From assembly GCA_013239625.1 (NCBI GenBank), contig MU054391.1:3987824-4051823 (forward strand): a stretch of DNA of 64,000 nucleotides. The letters are read 5' to 3'. Shown here in pieces: positions 13,074 to 24,095 of the stretch; positions within the stretch are counted from its first letter, which is position 1; every line of letters begins with the position of its first letter. The position numbers were made by a program, and so were the translations under genes. The notes below the pieces were generated by a model. That model saw only the letters and a program-made list of their open reading frames with translations. It searched no databases and was not told where the DNA came from. This stretch comes from Lama guanicoe (taxonomy: Eukaryota).

Positions 13074-13964
13074 TGAGGAGTCTTCAGTGTTGTCCCGCCT
13101 ACTCCCCCTCCCTCGGACCCTGTCCCCTCTCTAGGTGGTAATTTTGAGTTTGACTCTGTCCAATCACAGGTCTTTCGGTCCAGAATGAGGCCATATAATA
13201 ATTCCTCCACTCTTTGTCCCACTTAAGGTAAAAAACAACTTGCTCCTGAGAAGAAGGCAGACTATAAATATTTAAAATTTGTTTTTAAAATACCTGCCCC
13301 ATATTCCTTTTCTGCTCGGTTTGGAAATGGAGGTAACTCATTTCACCAAGAACCCAGGCAGTATGACAAGATAAATGGAATAACGATGAGTAAGAATGTG
13401 AATTGGGTTAAAGCAAAGGGAAGTGAGCAGAGGAAAGTAGGAGAGATCCCCAGGCGTTCACACAGACTCACATTTAAGTTTCCAGCATTCAAGTTCAAGA
13501 TGCAGACATGACCTGTGATGAGTCACAGGGTCCATAGGGATAAAAACAGTCTTTGCCCCTTAAAAGCACAGTTCTTTCTGGTAATGAAACGTAGGCAGAC
13601 ATTTCTTCGTTGTTCTCGTAAATCACTCAGTGTCACATAACCAGCAATGTCCATGACTCTATCTTTACAATAGACACCTGGGATGAGTTTCAAGAGGATA
13701 CTTTTAATCATATACCCCAATTGTTCCCACTGCATGAAAAGTAAAACAAGAAACAGACCCCCCAAAATAGCCCAACGAGTCAGAAAAGCAATCTGGGACA
13801 ATGGGAAGGAGACAAAGCACGATGGCACCCAGGCAAGTGCGTCTGAGGGCCTGGCTCTGCACCTCCATAGATCCAGGGCACCTGAGCTGACATCCCACAC
13901 AAGCAACCTCAGCGCATCCTGGAACCCATGATACGGAGTTTTTATGCTACAGGGTTGGTTACAT

Positions 13965-14130
13965 AGCATCTATTTTTAAAAATTAGATTCTAAAATAAAA
14001 ATTAGACAAGTTCACTTAAAAATCCAGATTTTTAGCGACGGTTGTGACATGGGATACTGGCAACACTGCACTTTTATTCCCACGAAGGAACCCCTGGTTG
14101 AGAGAGCCCCAGCTGGCCCAGTGGCCACCA
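13965..14130. mobile_element. hAT-Charlie relic (MER102-like)
   Basis: AAAAATCCAGATTT...CTGGCAACACTG...ATTCCCAC motif series; family assignment from memory. Confidence 0.4.
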
Positions 14131-17057
14131 CTTCATACCCCATACAGAACAGAAACGCTCACCCACCCACATCAACTCTGCCCAGATAGACCTTCACATT
14201 GATGACCTTTTATTAATATTGCTTTTCTCTGCCCGGTGATGTAAAGGTTTTGAAAGATGCTGAGCTTAAATCATCCCTGCAGTGCTCCCAATACGTATTA
14301 CTAGCCAAATATGAAACTGTTCTCAGCTTCAGCTGAGCTGGTGGAATCTAGTCCTTGGCAAGGACCATGCTGACCAGAGTGTTAAACCACTGAGCTTGTT
14401 CCTGCTCCATGTCCAAACACACTTCAGAGAAATGACCTATTCTTACCAATAACAGTGATCCAACACGGCCCTGATTTCTAAGAAGAATGGGATGTAGGGT
14501 GGTTGGCCAATTCTGTCATTTAGGAGATGTGCACTAGGGTTTTCTTCCAGGGTTGGGTTGGCGGTGGGGGTGGGTAGGGCACTGGGTGATGCTATATGTC
14601 AAAAAGTCCCAAAAGGATGATACATTCCCATTCTTCCAGCTAAGAAATGGTGCTGCCCTTAAAGAATTACTGCTTAGTGCATAATGAATTAATCTTTTAT
14701 GTAAAAAAGTTCATTTAAAAGGGATATGCAAGCACATGTTTTTAAAATCCATATTCTGTTCATTAAGACAATGGGTTAGCCAAATTGTTCCCGTAGAAAA
14801 TACTTTCAGGTGTGTATTTATTTTGGATATCCCAAGATTTCTTTACCAAATGGAACCTTGCTAAAAATGAACATGCTTGCAAAGGTGGCTACTTAATGTG
14901 CATAAAATTGCCTGGGCACTGGAGAATCAGAACGAAATAGTGAGAAAGACACAAAGTCAAAAAATTTTCTCCATCGACTCAATCCAGTTAAGTCTTTGTA
15001 CAATTTAAGTTTCACATCTTACAGAAGTAAGTGTTGCCTAAATTTTTTTTCCAATTAGTAAATTACCATATGTCAATATTCTATACATTCTTTAGAACAG
15101 ATTTTTGCCACATTTTATATCAGTTTAAAATAATCTACTTCAAATCACTCAAGAAGCGTGAATATTTATTGAGTATATTGGATCTGATCTCAGTTTTCTT
15201 AAAAAAAAAAAATGCCTTTTTTTAAGCCTCTCCTGATCCACTGTAATTAAGCTCCAGACATGACCAAAAACCTTTAAAAACTAATCGTTCAATCCTTCAG
15301 ACTATACCTCCCATCTTTTTGCATTAAGCAGCACACGAAATGAGAGAAACATCTTGGAACTTTTGTAACTCAATGCTTTTAGATAATGTAGTTGTGTCAT
15401 ATTTTTTCCAAGTGTGTTTTTGTCCTTAAAATCCATCCATTTTATCTTTTCTTTCTCACCAGCTACTGAAAGCCGTTATCTTTCCATTAGTGAACTCTCA
15501 GCGCATCTCTTCCTTTGGTCTTTGATCCCTCACAAACCTTTATACGTTCTTCTCGGTGGTGTTTTGTATCCTACAGAACTCCTCCCCACCTCCCCACACA
15601 CTCAAGATTTATATGGACACACTTTTGATGGCTGCTACATGCACAAGGATCCCTTTATTGACAGAAGATGGTATAAAGGTTTATAACCATCTTGCCATTC
15701 TTTGTTACCTTAACAACAACTCTTGATTTTCTTCTTCTTCTTTTTTTTTTTTTTTGTGTAAATTGGGTCACAGATGTTTTATTGCTGCAAAATGCTTTGA
15801 AACTTTTTCATATGTTCAGTGGGGAAAGATGCCTCTCAAAATTCATGCTGAAATCATTAAGCTTTTTAATTTCACTGTCAATTTATCAGCACAAGTGATA
15901 AATCTCTCTTTATACTGCCTGCTGCTGCACGCATGATTTTCAGGCCATTTACTCTCCCAGAGTGTCTGCCACTGTCTTTCTGATGTTGCTTCACATGCCG
16001 TCTGGAGATGCTGCCACTTTCCCAAAATTGTAGACAGGCCGGGTCACCCCAGGACACATCAGTTCGTGCTCCCTGGGAGCGGAAGCAGCCGGGCTGTGGC
16101 TCCCCTGGCAGATCTTTGCCCTGTGGCCATGAGCTCTACTCAGCAAACCTGTTGCCTGACTCGGTTCCCTCTGTGCCCAAGATCACTCCAGAGACTCGCT
16201 GTCCTGGTGAACGCAGCTGATTCAAATCAGTTTTCCTACACGTGGGTCACGGCTGTGACAACGGAAGGGTTCTGCAGGATCCAGGTCCCAAGCAGAGTCC
16301 CAGCTCTGCCCCTGTCTCCCCCAGATCAAGTCCCTTCACATTTATAACCTTCAGTCTCCTCATGTCAGCGATAAAGAGCACCTCAAAGGGCTTTGGGAGG
16401 GTCACGCATTTGTATAGATTCTCTCTGCGTGCCTGACACAGGGTGAGTGTTCAGTCACTGTCAAGTCCTTTCTCGTCCATGGATTTCAGAAATGGTGTCC
16501 AGCAGGTCGACTTGGAACGTGCTGGTCATTCACACGCCGCTGATATATTCACATCGCTCCGGAGCTGCTCATAAGGGTCAATGCTTACAAGTTCCCCCAC
16601 TCGCCTCTTTTTAGTTGACTTGCAGATTTCCGAGATAGATGGTAGCTTCCTGGAGTTTAAATAGAAGAGGCCGATCTTAGGGCCCTCAGTGTTGCTTTAG
16701 AAATGAGCTTGTACTTTGGGTGTTTTTCCTGAAAAGGCTGGGCTGCAGCCTGATGCTTGTGTGTTGATCAGGTTTCGCTGAAAAACAAAGGAACAAAAAC
16801 CTCATTTTCCCGAAAGCCTTTGCCTGACCAGCCTGTTCTCTGACTCTCTCTCCCTTCCCTTCCCGTTTCATTCCTTTTTAAAATGCCGAGACCTTCTATT
16901 TGTTACAGCAGAGAGAATTGTTTCCTAAAGGGCCAGGAGTAAATATTTAAGCTCTGTGGGGCTGACGGCCCTTATGTAACTTGTCAACTCTGTCGTTGTC
17001 ACACAAAAACAGACAACAGCAAAATGAATGAACATGATTGCGTTTTCATGAAAACAC

Positions 17058-17245
17058 AGTTCTCAGGGGGCGATCATGCCTTCCAGGAGATGGCCCGTGG
17101 TACCTGGACAGTTTGATTGTCACGAGGGAGAAGGTGCTGGGGTCATCTAGTGGGTGCTGAACATCCCTCAGTGCACAGAGCAGCCCGCCACCCCCACCGC
17201 CGCACCAAAGACTTACCTGACCCAGAATGTCCATCGTACCAAAGA
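17058..17245 (+). mobile_element. MER20 hAT-Charlie DNA transposon
   Basis: GTTCTCAGGGGGCGAT...TTGATTGTCAC...CATCTAGTGGGT...AACATCCCTCAGTGCACAG...CCCAGAATGTCCATCGTACCAA. Confidence 0.75.
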
Positions 17246-17279
17246 ACCAAAGCTGAAAATTAAAATTTTACTAATGGAG

Positions 17280-17424
17280 GGGAAGTAATAGCTCAGTGGT
17301 AGAACACATGCTTAGCATACGCACAGGGTCCTGGGTTCAATCCCCAGTACCTCCATCAAAATAAATAAATAATAATAAATAAATAAACCTAATTACCCCC
17401 CCAAAAAATAAAAAAAAACTTTAA
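17280..17424 (+). mobile_element. Camelid tRNA-Ala-derived SINE (Vic-1 type) with perfect 18-bp TSD
   Basis: A-box TAGCTCAGTGG (17289-17299), AGC anticodon remnant CTTAGCA, B-box GGTTCAATCC (17334-17343), (AAAT)n-CCTAATTACC-poly(A) tail. TSD AAAATTTTACTAATGGAG at 17262-17279 and 17425-17442, preceded by a TT/AAAA L1 endonuclease site. Confidence 0.93.
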
Positions 17425-17893
17425 AAAATTTTACTAATGGAGATTTGAATTTTATATAATTGTACATACAAGAAATACCAATCTTCTCTTCATTATTTTT
17501 CAACTATTTAAACATTTTTTTTTTCACCACCCTTCGCTTGAAGCCGGTCAAAATCGAGCAGCAGACCGTAATCTGCTAAACCGCATGCAAGATGGTGGGG
17601 AAACAAAGGCAGGTAGGGGAGAGTAAGTGTCCTTAAGAGCCTCCTTCTCACAGTTTATAAAAGCAAGACTGACAAGTTTCATTTCACGTACTTTCCCTGG
17701 AGCAAAGTGCTTCAGTGGCAAATCCCCCAGAAGAATGACAAGTCATTTCCTCGGGAGAACAATCAACGATAAAGTCAGGGTCCTCGGGTTACACCTCCCC
17801 TTACCTAGATTTTTCTCTCTTCAGGTTGACATGGTGGCCTGTGTCCTCAGGCAGCGAATTCCTTGGCTTCCTTCCAGGAGTTGTCTTTCTGGG

Positions 17894-18528
17894 TGAGGTA
17901 GAGGCAAAAAGGGGGGAGGGCACAGCCATGCAAGGAATGCTACAGCAATTAGCATCAAAATGGTGGCAGAGTCAACCCCCAGGAGGCCTTGAGGCTCAAG
18001 AGGATGGGAGATTTGACTTCTAGCAGAACTTGAGTTTCATTATACGCTCCTTGTAATATATTAACATGGTGAATAACACCCACAGGCACCGCGGCAGTCC
18101 CCAGGCTAGCCACAGAAGGGCAGAGTGGGAAATGGCCATCTTCCTGGGAATCCCAGCCCCTTCCCCAGGCTAGTTGGACTGGGCCTTCCACTCATTAGCA
18201 TATGAAGACACTGAGCCCCAAAAAACTGGCAACACGGTGCCTCATGGTCACTGCCCCCTCTTTCTCCCTCTTTGGAGACAGCCCATATTCTGTCTATGGA
18301 GTGTGTACCTACTTTTAATCTGAGCACCCAACCCCTACACCTCGTGGCCTTCCTCTTGCCTTTCGATGGATCTCTCTGAATAAATCTACCTTTACTCAAC
18401 TGTGGCTCGCTCTTGAATTCTTTCCTGCGAGAAGCCAAGGACCCATGCTTGGCAGGGCACGCCCCAGGGGCTCAGCCGTGGCCTGGGACACGGCCCTCCT
18501 CATGCCCACATCTGTTTTTCCTGCATCA
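17894..18528 (+). mobile_element. ERV1-type solo LTR (about 635 bp)
   Basis: TG...CA ends, AATAAA followed by CTCGCTCTTGAATTCTTTCCTG...AGCCAAGGACCC (typical ERV1 R/U5); GGGT at 17891-17894 and 18529-18532 is a possible 4-bp TSD; no PBS or internal sequence follows. Confidence 0.75.
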
Positions 18529-19544
18529 GGGTCATGGCTGACCTCAGTCCAGCAGCTCTGTGTTCTGACGTCTGTCTCCAGCCCGTGGACAGTCACCCCA
18601 CGGGACAGGTGGACGGTAGCAGCCCTGGGAAGAAGCGGGATCCGTGGGGCTCACCTGCGGTGCTGTGCGCGGCACCGCCCGGTGATCCCAGTAACGCACG
18701 GTGGGCTCTTCCCCACTCAGTGTAAAATCACAGAGCCTGCAGGTCTCAATACGCTTCCCCGTCCTGGAGGCTGTCACTTGTTTAATGCACTCTTGGAGAA
18801 CCTAAATTCTCAAGGATAATTTGTTTTCACAGGGGCAGGTGACAAGGGTTTTGTTTCTTGAAAGCGTTTGGCAGCCAAGTACATACTTGTGACCTCTGGG
18901 GCGTCTCAGAAGTCTGCCTGTTCTGACGCGGCCCCCACCTTTCTGAAGAGCTCCCGCCCAGCACCCCCCCCCCCGGCACAGGGCCCCTGGGGAGCGAGGG
19001 GCCGCTGCGCCCTCTGCCTCCGGGGAGCGCCGCACAAGAACTGAGTCCTCCATGGCCCTCTCTTGGCTGCAGTGACCCGGGTCCTGCTTAGGGCCCCACC
19101 CAATGGCTTTGCTGAGATTCATCTCTAAAGACCTGAAGAAAGGAGGCCGTGTCATTCTACAAACACACACGCAAAGGCAGGGAGACTTCTCAGATGATAC
19201 ACACTCAGACAATCAGCGGGACATCAGCTGTTTGGCTGTGGAAGCTGTCTCCCAGCGGCGGTTTTACACGTGGCTGATACACTCCGGGAAGGTCTCCTGG
19301 TCGCCCAGCTACCCCCAGAGCGTGGCTGCCGTCTCCCGCTGGAGGTGTTTTTGTAAAGACACATCGATGCTCGGGCACAAGAATTAATTTCTGTTTGTGC
19401 TGCTGTGGGAACCCTTTCTCATGTCTGCTGCTCCCAGGTTGGAGCAAGTCTGCTTCTCTGAGGAGCTGCACGGCCAGCCGGTGTCGCAGTCTCGGTCCCC
19501 AAGTGGCCCTCCCCAGTCACGATCCCGCTGCCAGACACAAGCTG

Positions 19545-19762
19545 AGCTCTGAAGGAGGTGGACTGTCTAGGTTGGAATCCCAGCCCTGGGATTTGGGTCT
19601 GATCTCTAATTTCTCAGCTCTTTTGTTTCCTCATTTGCAAAATGGGATGATAATAGTAACTACTTCTTAGGATTACTGTAAAAATTACCTGAGTAAACAT
19701 ATATAATGTATTTAGAACACTGGCCCAAAATAAGGACTCAGTAAATATTAGCTATTATTATT
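19545..19762 (+). mobile_element. MIR SINE
   Basis: GTTTCCTCATTTGCAAAATGGGATGATAATAGTAACTACTTCTTAGGATTACTGT...CTCAGTAAATATTAGCTATTATTA. Confidence 0.85.
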
Positions 19763-19789
19763 TTAAAATAAATGATTACTTGACTCTAG

Positions 19790-19986
19790 CAATGAGCACC
19801 GCTAGACATTCCTGCCCTGCCTGTGTGCTCACTTCACATCAATTCACTATCCCAGTAGAAGACATCTTCTCCATTTGCCTGGAGAAGAATGTGAGGCACA
19901 GAGAGATTAAGTGGTTTGTGCAAGGCCCCACAGCCAGCAAGAGGTGATGTTTCCATTTAAATCCACATCTGTCTTTCCCCCCAAAG
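19790..19986 (-). mobile_element. MIR SINE, tail-to-tail with the preceding MIR
   Basis: TGAGGCACAGAGAGATTAAGTGGTTTGTGCAAGGCCCCACAGCCAGCAAG...ATTTAAATCCACATCTGTCT. Confidence 0.75.
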
Positions 19987-19988
19987 TA

Positions 19989-20146
19989 GAACATTTCCAC
20001 AGTAACATACCACATTCGGTCACGAACAATGGTGTGTTTAGTTACTATAAATCAACAGTACTGAATAATAGATGTGTTTCAAAATGGAGAAGGCAGAAGG
20101 AAGGAAGGGAGAGAGGGAGGGAGGGAGGAGAAAAAGGAAATGAATC
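19989..20146 (+). repeat. Copy B of the long-range inverted duplication (partner 5978-6168)
   Basis: See copy A. The ORF track shows matching translations (SVMNNGTFSDYESTAILNNRCISKWRRQKEGR vs SVTNNGVFSYYKSTVLNNRCVSKWRRQKEGR). Confidence 0.9.
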
Positions 20147-20262
20147 ATAGATGCTCCTTCCTCTGTACTCCACCTGTTTCTGCTTCTTTTCAGTTGGAAT
20201 CTGAGACATGGATCATGTAAGAATTATGCACTAAGGTTTTGCTAGAAGGCCAGCTACACCGT

Positions 20263-20745
20263 TGTATTAGCCTTCTGTCGCTGTAGAACACAAGCCAAGT
20301 GGCTTGAAACAACGCATGGCTTAGCTGCATCCTTGGCTTAGGATCGCCGGAGGCCACGGTCGAGGAGGTGGCCGGGGCTGGGCTGCCCTCTGGAGACTCC
20401 CCCCAGGAAGAGTCTTCCTGCTCCCACAGTTGCTGAGGGCACTTGCGGCTGTAGGACTGGGAGAGCCAGCCTTTTTTGCCGGCTGTTGGTCCGAAGCTAT
20501 TCTCAGCATCAAGAGGCTGCTCGAGTTACCCAGAGACCCCCTGTGGTTCCTTCCCACGTGGGCTTCCGAAACATGGCCTTTTACATCCTCAAGGTGGCCT
20601 AGGAGCGCTAGAGGGAGGCTTCAAGGAAGACACAGTCTTACACAGCGTAACAATCACAGGAGTGCCATGCACCACCTTCTACTTGTAATCGCACAATTTT
20701 AAGTCTACACTCCGTAGGGCAGTGGAGGTGAGAGAAGGCCCTCAT
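20263..20745 (-). mobile_element. MLT1 (MLT1E/F-like) LTR
   Basis: TGTATTAG...AGTGGCTTGAAACAAC...GGCTTAGCTG...TGCGGCTGTAGGACTG...AATCACAGGAGTG. Confidence 0.7.
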
Positions 20746-21496
20746 GCCTAGCCGGGACCCCCGTCGCTTGCCCCCAAGGATGTGTTGTCGAAGTCAACTC
20801 CAGTCTACGTTTAATTACCCTGCTCAAGCCTGGGAGGTCCTTCTTTCGTCTCTCGTGTGAACGCTGAGTTTGCTACCCTAGAGAGCAAATCGTCTCTCCA
20901 TGGATCCAGCTGGGCACCTGGGAAGCGTTCATTCCTGAATTAATTTCTAGGACATAGAATTCTGGGAACCGTTTCAGAGAAGTCGGGAAAGCCTACCCTG
21001 TCTATTTTGAGCAAAAACCTCAGGCATCCTGTCTTCAGCATCTCTTGCTGCGCCTCTCTGTGTGCGTGGCCCTGTGTCTATGCCTGTCCTCACAAATCTG
21101 CTCTGTGTCCTGCATCTTTCAGTACCAGCCCCCACCACCCCGGTCCATGGTGCTCAGATCCTCAAATCCAGAACGTACCCCAACCCCAACACCCTTGCAG
21201 GGGGCCCTCGGGCACAGGGCAGCACGTGCTCCCTCCCCGCCAGCCCCTCGGGCTCTGCCTGACCCCCAGGGTGGCCACACCGTCCCTGGCTCGCTGGTTA
21301 TCCCACCAGGGAAGAAAACCGCCTCCTGGAGACGTGCGTCCAAGCTCAGGCTGGAGCGCCTCAGGAGACTGGTAGAAAAGCAATTCCAGGTAACTGGGCT
21401 TCTCAGCATCTTAAGTCATCAGGCAAGGTTGAGAGGGGCTGTCCACACGCTTCGAATGTCTTTCTCTACGACATTTGAATAGGAACATTGCAGAGG

Positions 21497-22108
21497 TGTG
21501 GGTTCGTCACCAGTTGTGGGTTCTGGCCGGCAGAAATCCCACAGAGACGGAATGAATTACTCAAGACTCTGGGGAAAAGTCAAGAGAGCGAGAGGGAGCC
21601 GGGAGCCAACTCCAGGAGCCTCTCAAATCTCTCATATTTACTGAGCACAGTTGAAGCAGGAATTTAGGGAAGGACAGGGTGGGATCACAATGAGTGCAAA
21701 GGCTTCGTTTGTTGTCGGTGTTTGGCTCAAGGTCAGAAGACCTTTTTTGGTGAATGATAATCCTGTTGGGCCTTTCAGTTTATCAGGGCGGAATGTAAGA
21801 GAATCAGCTGATTGACAAGATTTTCCTGGACTCAGGCGGCTGTGCCTGTCTCAGGTTGCCCCCTCAGCGGGGCTTACCTGTCATTGGCTACCCAGCCTTC
21901 TCACCTCTGAGGCTGCAGTTTTTTACCATTCCAGCCCAAGGCTGTTTTGGGAATAGAAGACTAACATAACAGCAGGCATGCCCGGCGTTTATAGCGGGGG
22001 GGCCTGGGTCATCGCTAAAACCTCAAGGCAGGTACTTAGCAGATCTTCTTTAAGGAGATAAGCGGCTGGGATCTGCTACAATTTGTTAACCCATCATGGG
22101 CTCCCACA
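21497..22108 (-). mobile_element. ERV2 (class II, betaretrovirus-like) solo LTR, 612 bp, 6-bp TSD
   Basis: Terminal inverted repeat TGTGGG...CCCACA; exact TSD CAGAGG at 21491-21496 and 22109-22114. The minus strand starts TGTGGGAG, contains CCAAT, and has AGTAAA as the likely poly(A) signal. Confidence 0.85.
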
Positions 22109-23898
22109 CAGAGGCAGCCTCACACCCCCATGGGTGTGGCACTATCAGCTCCCTCCGGTTACGGATCCTGGAGCAGATTCCCTGGATCTTGATGGGACGT
22201 TGTCACTAGACTGTGAATCAAGTTGGGCGTCATCCTGTTCTCCTGACACCTAACACTTCCCAGCATCCCCTGAGAGTTCCGACAGCCTGTTCCACTGCAG
22301 CTTTTGCTCACTGACTGATTTGTTTACTAAACAATCACTGTTGAGCACCCGAGATGTCCACGGCCTGGGTATAAAACGAAGAAGGAACTATCCTTCCTCT
22401 AATGAAGAATTGTGTTTTGTTTTTATAATTTACTTTAGGGAGAGAATAAAGAAAAACTGTGCGGCAGCTTAATAAAATCTGTGTGTTTTTTTCTAACAGA
22501 AATATAGGGGAATGGTTACGGGGCCGGGGGAAGGGAGCAGCCAGCTGTGCTTGTGCTGTGGAAGAAGGCATTGGAGAGGAGAGGGCTCTCAGATGGGACC
22601 TTCTCAGATGACGAGGACTTCTGGCTGTGTTAGAAACTTTCCTTTACCATCTCAGAGGACGAGGGAGACTGTAAGAATATCCATCGAATGGAAACATATC
22701 AATGGATGTAACAGGAAAGGACAAGGATTCGCAGTCAGCCCTGCCACTCTCCGGTTGTGAGACGGTGAGCAGGAATTCCGGAGTCTTCACTGCTTCGCCT
22801 GTAACAGGATGACACCAGACCATTTCAGTGGAACAGCACTGATTCTAACAAAGTCAATCAGAAGGGAAGCTATTATGAAGATGTTTGGAAGGGAGCTCCC
22901 AGAACCAGCAGATGGCTGGAGGACCCTACTTAGAAGCAACCGAGGGAGATGTGAAGAACCAGGAAGAGAAACTGGGCCATGACACATGGGCCTCTGCACT
23001 GTCGCTGCGTCAGCCCTGACCTCCAAGGTCCCCTTCTGCTTTTGTTACTGGCACTGGAATTCCTGGTTGCTGGTGACTGGTTATGCTGTGGATTTCTGAA
23101 CTTAGAAAGTAGGAGCAAAGGGATGACGCTATTTTCCTGCCAAGAGAGATCCGGACGCCAGGGAACAGGGGACCCTAGAGAACCCTAATGACAGAGCTGG
23201 CTGCCCTACAGAGTATAATGTTGGCCAAGTGTGAATGTGAAATCATTTTATAACTTGGTAATTTCACAGAAGGAACTAATCCTTGTGTATCCAAGGTGCC
23301 TTTGTTTTGAATGTTACTACCTGACAATAGATTTAACCAATCGGATGGCTGGAGAAGGTCTCTATTGCAATCAACTCCATTCAGTATTTGTACAAACCCT
23401 ACTTTCTTCAGGGAATAACTAGGTACACGCTGACATGCTGAGCTTGGATGCTGCGTGCACTTGCAAGCTTCCCACCGCAAAACCAAACTTGCTTATTCAT
23501 TTTCTCCCAGGAATTTTTGAATGACAAACAGCTGTTGAAGAAACAGCATTTTGACGAGAGGTATAAATGATGCAGAAACATATGGATACATTTTTCTTTA
23601 AAATAAACACAAACATTAAATCAAAAGGGAAAATTTGATGGACAGTATGCATTCTATTGGAAAAGACTGACGTGCCTATGTAGGAAAGTAGAACCATGCT
23701 CGCCACGTTTCTGTTAGGTGAGGAGAGATCGCTGGGATTGGCTTTACCAAGTGACCACGCTGTGTGTGTGGAAGTGACGTGCATCATGTTTGCACCTGGC
23801 CCCACTGGGAGGGCCTTTTCCAGTCCACCTTCCTGCTTGTGCAAACTGAACCCAGATAGGGTGGTTACCCGGCTTCAACCATGAAGACATTGACAATG

Positions 23899-24095
23899 CA
23901 AGGATTAGCAAACTTTTGCTGCAAAGGGCTAGGGAGCAAATATTTTAGACTTTGTGGGATGTAGTTTTCTGTGGCAACTAATCAATTCTGTTGTTGCCAC
24001 AAGAAAGAAGTCATAGACAATATGCAACGAATGATTGTGTTCCAACTAAACTGTATGTCCAGAAACAGATGGCAGACCTCGTGTGCTGACCCCTG
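23899..24095 (+). mobile_element. MER58A hAT DNA transposon
   Basis: CAAGGATTAGCAAACTTTT...AAAGGGC...AAATATTTTAGACTTTGTGGG...CATAGACAATATG...TGTGTTCCAACTAAACT...GCTGACCCCTG. Confidence 0.8.

Larger units (their letters stand above)
16905..17580 (+). mobile_element. MER58B-like hAT DNA transposon, split by MER20 and a camelid SINE
   Basis: 5' part TAAAGGGCCAGGAGTAAATATTTAAGC...TCAACTCTGTCGTTGT; 3' part ATTTGAATTTTATATAATT...TTTTTCAACTATTTAAA resumes after the inserts. Confidence 0.7.

Noticed and set aside
17280..17356. tRNA-Ala gene (also 43709-43775)
   Set aside because: tRNA-like head has broken stems and is followed by a SINE tail, poly(A) and TSD, so it is a SINE.
23970..24001. TGTGGCAAC...GTTGCCACA hairpin as a possible pre-miRNA
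   Set aside because: Stem is only about 9 bp, lies within MER58A, and is too short for a pre-miRNA.
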